NCBI GenBank assembly: GCA_001816655.1 | Contig: MHCP01000015.1 | Location: forward strand, 96,049 to 160,048 | Length of the DNA: 64,000 bases | Direction of reading: 5' to 3' | From: Candidatus Woykebacteria bacterium RBG_13_40_15 | Lineage (GTDB): Bacteria > Patescibacteriota > Microgenomatia > Woykebacterales > RBG-16-39-9b | Shown: one piece after another, positions 48,325-58,837 of the stretch | How positions within the stretch are numbered: the stretch's first letter is position 1 | Layout: the number at the start of each line of letters is the position of its first letter | Notes under the pieces: generated by a model | What the model was told of the DNA's origin: nothing | Seen by the model: the letters and a program-made list of their open reading frames with translations, nothing else | Databases searched by the model: none | Program-made: the position numbers and the translations under genes

Positions 48325-48735
48325 ATGCTTCAACCAAAAAGAGTAAAATACAGAATGGCTTTTCGGGGTAATCGAGGTGGGATTGCTACAAAGGGAAGTT
48401 TAATTGAGTTTGGCGAATTTGCCTTGAAATCAATGGATAGCGCTTGGGTTTCCGCCCGTCAAATAGAAGCGGCTAGAAGAGCTATGACTCACTATACGAA
48501 GCGAGGAGGGCGGATTTGGATACGAGTTTTTCCTGATAAACCAGTTAGCAAAAAACCGCCAGAAACAAGAATGGGTTCTGGAAAGGGAGCGGTTGACCAC
48601 TACGTTGCAGTGATAAAGCCGGGGACAATACTTTTTGAGATGGGTGGAGTTTCTTTGGAAATTGCTTCTGAAGCGATGAGGCGAGCAGCGGCAAAATTAC
48701 CAGTTGAAGTTAAATTTATTAAAAAAGAGGAGTAA
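48325..48735 (+). CDS. rplP: 50S ribosomal protein L16
   Basis: [17 protein letters not shown]. Confidence 0.98.
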   Translation: MLQPKRVKYRMAFRGNRGGIATKGSLIEFGEFALKSMDSAWVSARQIEAARRAMTHYTKRGGRIWIRVFPDKPVSKKPPETRMGSGKGAVDHYVAVIKPGTILFEMGGVSLEIASEAMRRAAAKLPVEVKFIKKEE

Positions 48736-48742
48736 TTTTTGA

Positions 48743-48943
48743 ATGACTAAAAAAGATACCGATTACAATCAAAAAGAAATTGGAGAATTAAATAAAATGT
48801 TAGAAGAAAAAGACAAAGAGCTTTTAGAATCAAGGCAGTCTTTAGCCCAAAGAAAGTTAAAGAACGTTCATGAACCGACAAAAATACGTTGCGAGATCGC
48901 TAGAATAAAAACCGCTTTAACTAGAAAGGAATTGGGGGTATAA
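48743..48943 (+). CDS. rpmC: 50S ribosomal protein L29
   Basis: IARIKT motif; operon order. Confidence 0.9.
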   Translation: MTKKDTDYNQKEIGELNKMLEEKDKELLESRQSLAQRKLKNVHEPTKIRCEIARIKTALTRKELGV

Positions 48944-49168
48944 ATGGATTTTATTGGCAGAGTAACTAGTATCAATATGCAAAAAACAGCAATGGTCGAA
49001 ATAGAGCGTTTTGTTACACACCCCCTATATAAGAAGAGGATACGACGCAGCTCAAAGTTTAAAGTACATGATGAAATTGGAGTAAAGCCTGGCGATAAAG
49101 TTAAAATTGCTACGACTAGGCCAATTTCTAAAGATAAGCATTTTAGAATTGTTGAGGTAATTAAGTAA
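48944..49168 (+). CDS. rpsQ: 30S ribosomal protein S17
   Basis: [15 protein letters not shown]. Confidence 0.96.
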   Translation: MDFIGRVTSINMQKTAMVEIERFVTHPLYKKRIRRSSKFKVHDEIGVKPGDKVKIATTRPISKDKHFRIVEVIK

Positions 49169-49536
49169 TGATACAGCATAGAAGTATTTTAAATATCGCG
49201 GATAATAGTGGTGCAAAGAAAGTAATGATGATTGGGATGTCTGGTAGAAGTAAACAACGTTTTGCACGTCTTGGGGATATTATCACCGGTGTTGTTAAAA
49301 AATCGGATCCTCAAGGAAGTGTTAAAGAGTCGGAAGTAGTTAAAACGATAATCGTTAGGACAAAAAAAGAAACCCGAAGAAGCGATGGTTCTTACGTTCG
49401 TTTTGATGAAAATGCGGCTGTGGTAATTGATGACAGCGGAAATCCTCGTGGCAGCAGAATTTTTGGGCCAGTAGCAAGGGAGGTTCGCGAGAAAGGATTT
49501 ATAAAAATAGCATCCCTAGCACCGGAGGTAATTTAG
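49168..49536 (+). CDS. rplN: 50S ribosomal protein L14
   Basis: [23 protein letters not shown]. Confidence 0.98.
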   Translation: MIQHRSILNIADNSGAKKVMMIGMSGRSKQRFARLGDIITGVVKKSDPQGSVKESEVVKTIIVRTKKETRRSDGSYVRFDENAAVVIDDSGNPRGSRIFGPVAREVREKGFIKIASLAPEVI

Positions 49537-49839
49537 ATGAAAATAAAAGTCGGAGATGAAGTAGTAATACTACAAGGTAAAGATAAAGGTAGAACCGGAA
49601 AAGTGGAAAAAAGCTTTTTTAGGAAAGAAGAAATTCTCGTTTCTGGAATAAATATTTTTAAAAAACATTCTAAGAAGCGGGGGAATGTAAGAGGGGGCAT
49701 TATTGATATTACTGTGCCGTTGCCAATATCAAAAGTGGCATTAGTATGCCCAAAATGCAAGCTGCCAACAAAGGTCGCCTTTTCACTTGTTGATAAACAA
49801 AAAGTAAGGGTGTGCAAAAAATGCAAACAGCTAATTTGA
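49537..49839 (+). CDS. rplX: 50S ribosomal protein L24
   Basis: KOW motif GDEV.IL.GKDKG; CxxC..CxxC. Confidence 0.95.
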   Translation: MKIKVGDEVVILQGKDKGRTGKVEKSFFRKEEILVSGINIFKKHSKKRGNVRGGIIDITVPLPISKVALVCPKCKLPTKVAFSLVDKQKVRVCKKCKQLI

Positions 49840-50399
49840 AAGAAAAATATATAAAGGAAGTTAGACCAAAGTTAAAAGATACCTTAGGGCTTAAAAACAC
49901 CTATTCTGTACCGGCAATAGAAAAAATAGTTGTAAATACTGGTTTTGGAAAGCTTTCCCCAGATCAAAAAGCTATGGAACAAATTGCATCAGAGATTGAA
50001 AAAATAACAGGTCAAAAGGTAATTTTCACCCGGGCCCGCAAAGCAATCGCAAGTTTTAAGACTAGAAAAGGACAAATAATTGGTGCCAAAGTTACATTGA
50101 GAGGAGAAAAAATGTACCATTTCCTTGAAAAATTAATTGCAATCGTTTTACCGAGAATAAGGGATTTTAAAGGGGTGGATATTAAATCCTTTGACAAGCA
50201 GGGGAATTATACTTTAGGATTTAGAGAAATTAATGTTTTTCCAGAAGTAGAATATACTGCTCGGGCCGAGAAAAAAATTGGATTAGAAATAGTAATTTGC
50301 ACAACGGCTAAAAACGATGATGACGCAAAAGCGCTTTTATCTGAATATGGAGTTCCTTTTAAAAACCTGAAGTCGAAAAGAGATAAAATTAATGGCTAA
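49821..50399 (+). CDS. rplE: 50S ribosomal protein L5
   Basis: [26 protein letters not shown]. Confidence 0.97.
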   Translation: MQTANLKEKYIKEVRPKLKDTLGLKNTYSVPAIEKIVVNTGFGKLSPDQKAMEQIASEIEKITGQKVIFTRARKAIASFKTRKGQIIGAKVTLRGEKMYHFLEKLIAIVLPRIRDFKGVDIKSFDKQGNYTLGFREINVFPEVEYTARAEKKIGLEIVICTTAKNDDDAKALLSEYGVPFKNLKSKRDKING

Positions 50400-50577
50400 G
50401 AAATCAAAGATTGTAAAAGCTAATAGAAAACAAAAATTTAATGTTAGAGATAAAAACCGATGCAACCTTTGTGGTCGCCCACGGGCTTATATGAGAAAAT
50501 TTGGGGTTTGCAGAATTTGTTTTAGACAACTTGCTCACAAGGGAGAAATTCCTGGCCTGGTTAAAGCTAGTTGGTAA
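50392..50577 (+). CDS. rpsN: 30S ribosomal protein S14 (zinc-binding type Z)
   Basis: [15 protein letters not shown]. Confidence 0.97.
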   Translation: MAKKSKIVKANRKQKFNVRDKNRCNLCGRPRAYMRKFGVCRICFRQLAHKGEIPGLVKASW

Positions 50578-50585
50578 AGGATATT

Positions 50586-50963
50586 ATGAATAGTATTGCT
50601 GACATGACCACAATTATTAGAAATGGGTATCTTGCACGAAAAAGAAGTGTCGATTTACCATACTCAAAATCAAAAAATGATATTGCTAAAAAACTACTTG
50701 AGATTGGTTTTTTGGAAGCACTTGAATCAAAAGATAAAAAGACCTTGAAAATTTTACTTCGCTATAATAATAATGAACCAGCAATCAAAGGCATAGAACT
50801 AATCTCGAAACCATCTCTACGGGTGTACGCTTCCTCTAAAGCGATACCAAAAGTATTAAGCGGCCTTGGTGAGGTAGTTATTTCTACCAACAAGGGTATC
50901 TTGACCGGAGCGGAGGCTAGAAAAATGAAAAGTGGTGGGGAGTTAATTTTGAAAGTGTGGTAA
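50586..50963 (+). CDS. rpsH: 30S ribosomal protein S8
   Basis: IADM.T.IRN, SKPSLRVY, STNKG, GGE. Confidence 0.97.
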   Translation: MNSIADMTTIIRNGYLARKRSVDLPYSKSKNDIAKKLLEIGFLEALESKDKKTLKILLRYNNNEPAIKGIELISKPSLRVYASSKAIPKVLSGLGEVVISTNKGILTGAEARKMKSGGELILKVW

Positions 50964-50966
50964 TTT

Positions 50967-51524
50967 ATGAGCAGAATCGGTAGAAAACCAATATCAATAC
51001 CAGAAACTGTAAACGTTGAAATCAATCATAAGGTATTGGTAAAGGGGCCACTGGGGGAGCTAAATCAAAAAATTCCAAGGGGTATTAAGGTTGAACAAAA
51101 TGATAATATGTTGGTAGTTTCAGCCCAAAAAGAAGATAAGCAGACTAAAGCTTTCCATGGTCTAATAAGAAAGTTGATTGCTAATATGATAGAAGGTGTT
51201 ACAGTAGGGTTCAAGAAACGCTTGGAATTGATAGGAATTGGGTATCGAGCAAACTTGTCCGGGGACAAACTAGTACTATCCCTAGGTTTTTCCCACCCCG
51301 TTGAGATAAAACCAGTAGAGGGTATAGATTTTTCTGTTTCTGATAACAAAATTACAGTCTCTGGAATTAATAAAGAATTAGTAGGTAGAATAGCGGCGGA
51401 AATCAGAACTACACGGCCCCCGGACGCCTATAAAGGTAAAGGCATTCGTTATGAGGGGGAAATTGTTAAGTTAAAACCAGGAAAGGCAGCTAAGACTAGC
51501 GTAGGATCTGTAGCCGAGGCGTAA
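50967..51524 (+). CDS. rplF: 50S ribosomal protein L6
   Basis: MSRIGRKPI, PDAYKGKGIRY. Confidence 0.98.
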   Translation: MSRIGRKPISIPETVNVEINHKVLVKGPLGELNQKIPRGIKVEQNDNMLVVSAQKEDKQTKAFHGLIRKLIANMIEGVTVGFKKRLELIGIGYRANLSGDKLVLSLGFSHPVEIKPVEGIDFSVSDNKITVSGINKELVGRIAAEIRTTRPPDAYKGKGIRYEGEIVKLKPGKAAKTSVGSVAEA

Positions 51525-51526
51525 AT

Positions 51527-51871
51527 ATGCAAGAAAAAGCACGTGAACGAAGAAAAAAATCTGTTAGAAATATAATAATCGGTACTAAAGAGCGACCTCG
51601 TCTTAATGTTTTTAGATCGAGCAAACACATTTACGCTTCGTTGATAGATGATGGTTCTAGGAACACTATTTTTACCGTTGGTGAGTCAAATATTAAGACT
51701 AAAGAAAAAATAACGAAATCAGAGAAAGCCTTTCTGGTAGGTAAGCAGATTGCTAATATAGCTTTGAAAAAAGGTATAAAAAAGGTCGTTTTTGACCGCA
51801 GTGGTTATCTTTATCATGGGCGGGTACAAAAAATTGCTGAAGGAGCAAGAGAAGGGGGCTTAAAGTTTTAA
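51527..51871 (+). CDS. rplR: 50S ribosomal protein L18
   Basis: RPRLNVFRS, VFDRSGYLYHGRV. Confidence 0.97.
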   Translation: MQEKARERRKKSVRNIIIGTKERPRLNVFRSSKHIYASLIDDGSRNTIFTVGESNIKTKEKITKSEKAFLVGKQIANIALKKGIKKVVFDRSGYLYHGRVQKIAEGAREGGLKF

Positions 51872-51883
51872 TAAGGTATTTTT

Positions 51884-52495
51884 ATGGCAGAATATAATAC
51901 TGAAAACGAGTTTGAAGAGAAAATAGTTCAAGTGAATAGGGTTTCGAAAAAAACTGCGGGGGGAAACAAAATTGGATTTTCCGTATTGGTGGTTGTTGGT
52001 GACAGAGACGGGCGTGTAGGGGTCGGTTTAGGCAAGGCACCTGGTGTGCAAGACGCAATTAAAAAAGGAGCTACGTATGCTAAAAAACACCTACTTATTG
52101 TGCCTATGGTAGAGACAACGATTCCCCATGAAGTTTTTATAAAGCGCGGCGCAGCAAAAGTTTTGCTAAAGCCAGCGGCCAAAGGCACTGGGGTAATAGC
52201 TGGTGGGGCTGTTAGAGCTGTGGTTGAAGCCGCTGGAATCAGAGATATTTTGTCAAAAGTTTTAGGGACTTCCAATCAAGCCTCGAACGTCTACGCTACC
52301 TTAGAAGCTCTTAGAGAGTTGAGACCGTTAGCTAGTAAAGAAAAAGTTTTAGGTAAAGAGGATCGTAAAGGCGAAAAAGAGGCCAGTAAATTAATGGAAA
52401 AAGACAGGCAGAGTGTGAATAAATCCCAAAAAAATAAAACCAAACCAAAAAACCAGCCAAAGACCAAGAAGGAAAGCAAAAATGGACCTAAATAA
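51884..52495 (+). CDS. rpsE: 30S ribosomal protein S5 (basic C-terminal extension)
   Basis: NRVSK..AGG, PAAKGTGVIAGG. Confidence 0.97.
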   Translation: MAEYNTENEFEEKIVQVNRVSKKTAGGNKIGFSVLVVVGDRDGRVGVGLGKAPGVQDAIKKGATYAKKHLLIVPMVETTIPHEVFIKRGAAKVLLKPAAKGTGVIAGGAVRAVVEAAGIRDILSKVLGTSNQASNVYATLEALRELRPLASKEKVLGKEDRKGEKEASKLMEKDRQSVNKSQKNKTKPKNQPKTKKESKNGPK

Positions 52496-52919
52496 ACTGC
52501 CAAAAATCAAACAGAGAGCAAAAAAAAGACTCGGTAGAGGTGAATCTTCTGGAAAAGGCAAAACCAGTGGTCGTGGAGCAAAAGGGCAGAAAAAACGGGA
52601 GAATGTAAAAGTAGGTTTTGAGGGAGGCCAGCTGCCCCTACAAAAAAGACTCCCGCAAAAAAGAGGCGTAGGTAATAGAATAAAATTTCCAGTAATTGCG
52701 ATTACTACAGCACAATTGAATAAACTGTTAGCAAAATCTATTGTGGACGAAAAAACCTTGAGGAAAGAAGGCCTCATTCCAAAAAGCCGTCGGAAAATAA
52801 AAATTATTGCAGGAGGTAAATTAGAAAAAGTCTTGAAGGTTACACTACCAACGACCAAATCAGCCAAAAATATTATTGAAAAGGCTGGAGGCACAACTAC
52901 TTATGAGAGTTCTGATTAA
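52482..52919 (+). CDS. rplO: 50S ribosomal protein L15
   Basis: GRG.SSGKGKTSGRG.KGQ, FEGGQLPL. Confidence 0.97.
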   Translation: MDLNKLPKIKQRAKKRLGRGESSGKGKTSGRGAKGQKKRENVKVGFEGGQLPLQKRLPQKRGVGNRIKFPVIAITTAQLNKLLAKSIVDEKTLRKEGLIPKSRRKIKIIAGGKLEKVLKVTLPTTKSAKNIIEKAGGTTTYESSD

Positions 52920-54180
52920 TATTTGGAACGCACCGGATCTGCGAAAAAAAATTCTTTTCACGGTTTTCATCATTATCGTCTTTAGATTAATTACGTACAT
53001 CCCACTTCCAGGTGTGGATGTACTAGCTCTAAGGAGCCTTTTTTCAGGCAGTCAAATCTTTCAATTATTGGATCTTTTTTCCGGCGGTACCCTTTTTAAT
53101 TTTTCAATAGTTACTTTAGGGTTAAATCCCTACATAAACGCCTCGATTATCTTTTCGTTATTGACGAATGTTGTACCAAAACTTGAAGAACTACAAAAAG
53201 AGGGGGAATACGGGCGAGCAAAAATAAATCAATATACTAGATATTTAACGGTACCGTTGGCTTTTACTCAATCTTGGGGTGTTTTGATTTTCTTTCAACG
53301 TAGCGGAACAGGACTTTTAACCCACTTATCACCCCTAGAACTCGCCACTATAATAATCGCTATGACTTGTGGGTCAGTCGTTTTAATGTGGTTTGGGGAG
53401 TTAATTACAGAATATGGGATTGGTAATGGAATCTCCATTTTGATTTTCGCAGGAATATTGGCTAGACTTCCGGTTTCGCTAGTGCGCACCACAACTATAT
53501 TCACTGCGGAAAATGCACTTAATATTTTGCTTATTTTGGTATTAGCGTTGGTGGTAATTGGAGCGATTGTAGTGATAAATGAAGCCCACCGTCGAGTTCT
53601 AGTACAGTACGCAAGAAGGGTGAGGGGAGATCGGTCTTATGGCGGAGGTTCTACTCACCTACCGATCCGTATTAACCAAGCAGGCGTTATTCCAATCATA
53701 TTTGCAATTTCGATTATTTTATTTCCTGGGATGTTAGCTACATTTTTTGCAACCTCTGCAAACCCAGCAGTTGCTAACGCTGCCAAGGCGGTAAGCGATT
53801 TTTTCAATAATACTACATACTACTCTATTATTTATTTCTTCCTCGTTTTGATTTTTACGTATTTTTACACCGCTATTACTTTCCAACCAACTAAAATTGC
53901 AGATGATCTGCGAAAATACGGGGGTTTCATTCCAGGTATCCGGCCGGGCCATGCAACAAGTGATTATCTGTCGTATATTATCAATAGAATTACTCTTATT
54001 GGTGGGATTTTCTTAGGAGTTGTTGCGGTTCTACCCTTTGTAGTTACAGGTGTAACGAATGTTTCCACATTGGCAATTGGTGGTACGGGTTTATTAATTG
54101 TTGTTTCAGTTGTTTTAGAGACCGCTAAACAGTTGGAAAGTCAACTCGTAATGAGAAGCTACGAAGGATTTTTACATTAA
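52903..54180 (+). CDS. secY: Preprotein translocase SecY
   Basis: LGLNPYINASII, GIGNGISI, AGVIPIIFA, FIPGIRPG; ATG after GGAGG. Confidence 0.98.
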   Translation: MRVLINIWNAPDLRKKILFTVFIIIVFRLITYIPLPGVDVLALRSLFSGSQIFQLLDLFSGGTLFNFSIVTLGLNPYINASIIFSLLTNVVPKLEELQKEGEYGRAKINQYTRYLTVPLAFTQSWGVLIFFQRSGTGLLTHLSPLELATIIIAMTCGSVVLMWFGELITEYGIGNGISILIFAGILARLPVSLVRTTTIFTAENALNILLILVLALVVIGAIVVINEAHRRVLVQYARRVRGDRSYGGGSTHLPIRINQAGVIPIIFAISIILFPGMLATFFATSANPAVANAAKAVSDFFNNTTYYSIIYFFLVLIFTYFYTAITFQPTKIADDLRKYGGFIPGIRPGHATSDYLSYIINRITLIGGIFLGVVAVLPFVVTGVTNVSTLAIGGTGLLIVVSVVLETAKQLESQLVMRSYEGFLH

Positions 54181-54184
54181 AACT

Positions 54185-54718
54185 ATGAATATAATTGTAT
54201 TTGGAGCCCAAGGAACAGGAAAAAGCACCTACGCGAGGTATATAGCGGAGAAGCTATGTGTACCATATGTGTATTCCGGTGATTTGTTTCGCCAAATGAG
54301 CAGTGGGAATACTCCCCTTGGGAAAAAAATTAGAGATTATGTTTCACAGGGTCTTTTGGTGCCGGATGAGATTGTAATTTCAGCGGTTATAGATTGCTTA
54401 AAAAAAAGTGATTTATCAAATGGAATTGTTTTCGATGGGTTTCCTAGAAATCTAAAGCAGGCGAAAGCTTTGCCTACCGATATTGATTTAGTCATTCATA
54501 TAACGCTTCCAGAAAAAATAATTTTAGAGAGGTTGTTGAAGAGAGGCAGGTCTGATGACACCATCGAGACAATAAGAAAGAGGCTGGAGATTTATTCAAA
54601 TGAAACAGCGCCTCTACTAAAGTTTTACCAAGAGAACGGAGTAAAGATAATTGAGATTGATAATACTCCTCCAATTGGAGTTGTAAAAAGACAAATAGAT
54701 GATCTACTTAAAAAATAG
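54185..54718 (+). CDS. adk: Adenylate kinase (short, no LID domain)
   Basis: GAQGTGKST, G.LVPDE, FDGFPR, RSDD. Confidence 0.92.
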   Translation: MNIIVFGAQGTGKSTYARYIAEKLCVPYVYSGDLFRQMSSGNTPLGKKIRDYVSQGLLVPDEIVISAVIDCLKKSDLSNGIVFDGFPRNLKQAKALPTDIDLVIHITLPEKIILERLLKRGRSDDTIETIRKRLEIYSNETAPLLKFYQENGVKIIEIDNTPPIGVVKRQIDDLLKK

Positions 54719-55451
54719 AAAAGAGTTGGAAATAATGAAGAAAGCTGGGCAGATTGCGAAATTTGCTATGGATGAGGTATCAAAGAATATTATTCCTGGA
54801 GAGAAAACAGCATCTCTGGATAGAATAGCCGAAAGATTAATAGAAAGTTATGGAGCAGAGAGCTCTTTTAAAAAAGTCGAAAATTATAATTATACGACTT
54901 GTATAACACCAAACGAATTAATCGTTCACGGTGTACCGGGAGATTATATTTTGAAAGAAGGCAATATTTTAGGGGTAGATCTTGGAGCTTACTACAACGG
55001 TTTTCACTCTGATATGTCCACCACATTTCCCGTAGGTAAAATAGCTAAGGAAACCGAGAGATTTTTGATGGTAGGTAGGAAGGCATTAAAAAGGGCGATA
55101 AAAAAAGTCAAGGTGGGAAATTCCATAGGGGACATTAGCGAAACCATCCAAAACGAAGTTGAAAGCGCTGGTTATTTTATCGTTAGGGAATTTTCTGGTC
55201 ATGGTATAGGGAAGGATTTACACGAAGACCCTCTTATCCCAGGTTTTGGGAAATCAGGGACTGGTGAAAAGATCCAAGAGGGAATGGTTTTTGCTATTGA
55301 GGTAATTTATAGCCAAAGAAGATCGACAATAAAATTACTTCCTGATGGGTGGTCGGTATCTACTTCCGATAGTTCTTTGGCAGGTCTATTCGAACACACA
55401 GTAGCGGCGACCAAAAAAGGACCCTTGGTGTTGACGGAGAGGTTAAATTAA
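54699..55451 (+). CDS. map: Methionine aminopeptidase type I
   Basis: VHGVP, D.G....GFHSD, GHGIG..LHEDP, FEHT. Confidence 0.96.
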   Translation: MIYLKNRKELEIMKKAGQIAKFAMDEVSKNIIPGEKTASLDRIAERLIESYGAESSFKKVENYNYTTCITPNELIVHGVPGDYILKEGNILGVDLGAYYNGFHSDMSTTFPVGKIAKETERFLMVGRKALKRAIKKVKVGNSIGDISETIQNEVESAGYFIVREFSGHGIGKDLHEDPLIPGFGKSGTGEKIQEGMVFAIEVIYSQRRSTIKLLPDGWSVSTSDSSLAGLFEHTVAATKKGPLVLTERLN

Positions 55452-55490
55452 TGATAAAATCCGTTGGGCGCAAAAGGCGCTAGTTTTGTT

Positions 55491-55730
55491 ATGGAAAAAG
55501 ATATTTTTTTGATATCTGGCAAAGTGCTGGAAAGCTTACCTAATACGATGTTCAAGGTCGAAATAGACGGAGGTGAGCTACCCAAATTAAAAGGCACGAC
55601 AATCCTTTGCCACATAGCAGGGAAAATGAGAATGCATTATATTAAAATTTTGCCGGGGGATAAAGTAAGAATTCAAGTATCACCTTATGATTTAAGTAAG
55701 GGTAGGATAATTTATAGAGATAATAATTAA
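55491..55730 (+). CDS. infA: Translation initiation factor IF-1
   Basis: [31 protein letters not shown]. Confidence 0.96.
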   Translation: MEKDIFLISGKVLESLPNTMFKVEIDGGELPKLKGTTILCHIAGKMRMHYIKILPGDKVRIQVSPYDLSKGRIIYRDNN

Positions 55731-55734
55731 ATTT

Positions 55735-55848
55735 ATGAAAGTACAAGCTTCAATCAAAAAAAGGTGCTCAAAATGTCAAATTGTAAAGCGTAGGCGGTGC
55801 CTTTATGTGATTTGTGAGAACCCAAGGCACAAACAGAGGCAAGGTTAA
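55735..55848 (+). CDS. rpmJ: 50S ribosomal protein L36 (not in ORF track)
   Basis: Translates to [37 protein letters not shown]. Confidence 0.96.
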   Translation: MKVQASIKKRCSKCQIVKRRRCLYVICENPRHKQRQG

Positions 55849-55851
55849 TTC

Positions 55852-56268
55852 ATGGCAAGAATTTCTGGTGTAGAGCTACCGAGCAATCAAAAAGTATTAT
55901 ACGCACTTCCTGTAATTTATGGGGTGGGGTTTACTTTGGCAAAGAAAATAATTGAAGCTGCCAAAATACCAATTGATAAAAAAACAAATGATTTAAAGGA
56001 AGAAGAGGTATTAAGATTGCAAAAAGAAGTCGAGAAATATCCAGTTGAAGGGGAATTAAGACGGCTCGTTAGCCAAAATATAAGAAGATTAGAGGATATA
56101 AGTTCATATAGAGGTTTGAGGCATAGAAGGGGACTTCCTGTGAGAGGGCAGCGGACTAGGAGTAATGCCAGGACAAAAAGAGGAAATAGGCAAACGGTTG
56201 GTGCGATAAAGAAGGATATGAAAGCAGTAGCAGCAAAATCAGAAAGTAACGAGAAAGGAGCTAGCTAA
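55852..56268 (+). CDS. rpsM: 30S ribosomal protein S13
   Basis: YRGLRHRRGLPVRGQRT. Confidence 0.98.
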   Translation: MARISGVELPSNQKVLYALPVIYGVGFTLAKKIIEAAKIPIDKKTNDLKEEEVLRLQKEVEKYPVEGELRRLVSQNIRRLEDISSYRGLRHRRGLPVRGQRTRSNARTKRGNRQTVGAIKKDMKAVAAKSESNEKGAS

Positions 56269-56276
56269 TTTAAACC

Positions 56277-56654
56277 ATGGCTAAAAGTCTGAAAAAAGCA
56301 AGTAAAGATCTATCTTTAGCGAAAATATTTATAAATGCGACTTTTAATAACACAATGGTTACTGTAACCGATGCAAAAGGTAATACTATTGCTTGGGGTA
56401 GTGGAGGAACAATGGGGTTTAAAGGAGCTCGTAAATCTACACCTTACGCTGCGACAACTGCAGTTGAAGCTATTGCCAAAAAAGCCTTGGCTGCTGGTGT
56501 TCGTGATGCCGAAGTTTATATAAAAGGCCCTGGATCGGGTAGAGAGGCCGCCGTAAGAGCCTTACGAAACAGCGGCTTTAATATAAGAGTAATCGCAGAC
56601 ATCACACCCATCCCTCATAATGGACCAAGAGCGAGAAAGCGAAGGCGCGTTTAA
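56277..56654 (+). CDS. rpsK: 30S ribosomal protein S11
   Basis: [20 protein letters not shown]. Confidence 0.98.
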   Translation: MAKSLKKASKDLSLAKIFINATFNNTMVTVTDAKGNTIAWGSGGTMGFKGARKSTPYAATTAVEAIAKKALAAGVRDAEVYIKGPGSGREAAVRALRNSGFNIRVIADITPIPHNGPRARKRRRV

Positions 56655-56657
56655 AAT

Positions 56658-57284
56658 ATGGCTAGGTATTTAGGACCAAAATTTAGGTTAGATAGGCGAG
56701 AAGGAACGAACCTTTTTCTAAAGGGAAAGAGGAGCACTTCTCCAAAGCATCCAATTGAAAAAAAAGGCGCAGTACCTCCTGGTCAACACGGGACATCTAA
56801 GTTAAGAAGAAAAGTTTCAGATTTTGGGCTGCAACTTCGGGAAAAACAAAAAGTTAAAAGGATATATGGATTACTTGAGCGCCAGTTTAAACGTTGTTTT
56901 ACCGAAGCATCGAAAGAGGTTGGCAATACTGGAGAGGCACTTTTTAGGTTGCTAGAAACAAGGCTTGATAATGTAGTATACAGACTCGCGTTTGCCCCCT
57001 CTAGGGCAGCGGCTCGTCAGCTTGTTACCCATGGTCATGTGTTAGTAAACGGTAAGAAAACTAGTATACCATCTTACAATTTGAAAGTTGGGGATGTAAT
57101 TGCCCTTTCGGAGAAAGGGCAAGGATTGCCAGGTACGAAAGAAAGCCTGGAACTTAGAGGCGACCAGCTCCCATCTTGGTTGAGTAGGCAGGCTTTAGTT
57201 GGTAAGATTAAGTCCATACCAAGCAGCGAAGATTTAGATACAACTATCGATAAACAGCTAATTATTGAATGGTACTCTCGTTAA
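56658..57284 (+). CDS. rpsD: 30S ribosomal protein S4
   Basis: PGQHG, QLREKQK, LETRLDNVVYR, ARQLVTHGH. Confidence 0.98.
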   Translation: MARYLGPKFRLDRREGTNLFLKGKRSTSPKHPIEKKGAVPPGQHGTSKLRRKVSDFGLQLREKQKVKRIYGLLERQFKRCFTEASKEVGNTGEALFRLLETRLDNVVYRLAFAPSRAAARQLVTHGHVLVNGKKTSIPSYNLKVGDVIALSEKGQGLPGTKESLELRGDQLPSWLSRQALVGKIKSIPSSEDLDTTIDKQLIIEWYSR

Positions 57285-57286
57285 AG

Positions 57287-57410
57287 TTATATCTCGCTAA
57301 GAGATATATACGCGAGATTTAATCTTGCGTAGGAGTGTTGCGACGCAGAAAGCTTTAGCTTTCTCTTATATCTTGCAGAGAAACAAGCGCAAGATGTAAT
57401 CTTGTGATTA
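57287..57410 (+). repeat. Palindromic intergenic repeat, tandem copies B and C
   Basis: TTATATCTCGC..GCGAGATTTAATCTT (57287-57326) and TTATATCTTGC..GCAAGATGTAATCTTGTGATTA (57366-57410). Confidence 0.7.
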
Positions 57411-57433
57411 TTAAAAACTTTTAAGGAGGTTTT

Positions 57434-58333
57434 ATGATAGATTTAGTAAAAGTTAGTCAGTCTGGAGACTCCAGGCAATCATCAATAGTAGTTGAACCAC
57501 TTCCTCAAGGGTTTGGTTTAACCTTGGGGAATTCTCTGCGAAGAGTTTTACTCTCTTCTTTGACGGGGGCTGCAATCACCCAAGCGAAAATTGACGGTGT
57601 GCAGCATGAATACAGCACTATAAAAGGAGTAAAGGAAGATGTTGTGGAACTTCTATTGAACCTAAAAAAGATTAGGTTGACTATTGAGGGAGAAAAGAGT
57701 GCAAAACTAGAACTTGACGCAAAAGGGCTGGGAGAAGTTAAAGCAAAAGACATTAAGTTACCCGCGGGTGTTCAAATAGCAAACCCCGATCTACACATAG
57801 CCTCTTTAGCGGAAAAGTCTAAGTTGTCTATAGAAATGACTGCAGAAAAAGGACAAGGCTTTTTGCCGGTTGAATCTCGCAGGTCTTTAGGGATTGGAAG
57901 AATTCCACTTGATGCGACTTTTTCTCCTATTGTAAAAGTAAATTATAAAGTTGAGCCGATTCGTGTTGGGCAAATGACCAATTTTGATAAGTTGACACTC
58001 TTTGTTACTACCGACGGTACGATTACACCAGCAGAAGCGGTAAAAAACGCCTCAAAAATATTGCAGGATTACTTCGCGATTTTGGTTGAGCAAAGAAAGC
58101 AACCAATACGAGTTCAAGAGCCACCGGTAAGTGCTGCAAAAATCAGTAAGAACGCTTCCGTAGAAGAACTAGAGCTTTCTACTAGGGTCACTAATGCATT
58201 GAAGAACGCAAATATTGATACGGTTGAGAAATTGATTGAAACCCCGAAGGAAGAACTTGTCAAGTTAAAGAATATGGGTGCAAAGTCTATTAGTGATATT
58301 GAGGAAAAATTGAAGGAAAAAGGGCTAATTTAA
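57434..58333 (+). CDS. rpoA: RNA polymerase alpha subunit
   Basis: EPL..GFG.TLGNSLRRVLLSS, HEYSTI.GV.ED, alphaCTD. Confidence 0.98.
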   Translation: MIDLVKVSQSGDSRQSSIVVEPLPQGFGLTLGNSLRRVLLSSLTGAAITQAKIDGVQHEYSTIKGVKEDVVELLLNLKKIRLTIEGEKSAKLELDAKGLGEVKAKDIKLPAGVQIANPDLHIASLAEKSKLSIEMTAEKGQGFLPVESRRSLGIGRIPLDATFSPIVKVNYKVEPIRVGQMTNFDKLTLFVTTDGTITPAEAVKNASKILQDYFAILVEQRKQPIRVQEPPVSAAKISKNASVEELELSTRVTNALKNANIDTVEKLIETPKEELVKLKNMGAKSISDIEEKLKEKGLI

Positions 58334-58337
58334 GTTT

Positions 58338-58835
58338 ATGATTCATAGAGTATCCAAAAGAAAATTTTCGCGTGATACAAATGCCAGAAAAGCGTTGCTA
58401 AAAAATCTAGCCAACGAACTTATTCTACACGAGCGTATTACTACCACGCAGGCCCGTGCTAAGAGCCTGCGACCATTTTTAGAAAAGCTGGTAACAAAAT
58501 CTAAAAATAATACGCTATCAACTCGTAGATTATTGATATCTAGATTGGGTTTGCAAAATGCTGTCGGCAAACTGCTAGATGTGATAGGGCCAATTTTTAA
58601 AGAACGTCCTGGGGGTTACACAAGAATAATCAAACTTCCATCACGAACCGGGGATAATGCAGAAATGGCAGTTATTGAGTTTGTGGAAAATGTTTCGGAA
58701 ATTGCGGCAAAAAAGAAACTTGAAAAGCCAACAAAAGAAGAGAAGACAAAAATAGAAGTTAAGGAAAAACCAAAAACCAAAAAGATAGTTCAAAAAAAGA
58801 AAGAAGTTAAACCAAAAGAAAAAACTAAAAAATAA
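58338..58835 (+). CDS. rplQ: 50S ribosomal protein L17 (Lys-rich tail)
   Basis: RPGGYTRIIK, GDNAEMA. Confidence 0.97.
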   Translation: MIHRVSKRKFSRDTNARKALLKNLANELILHERITTTQARAKSLRPFLEKLVTKSKNNTLSTRRLLISRLGLQNAVGKLLDVIGPIFKERPGGYTRIIKLPSRTGDNAEMAVIEFVENVSEIAAKKKLEKPTKEEKTKIEVKEKPKTKKIVQKKKEVKPKEKTKK

Positions 58836-58837
58836 TT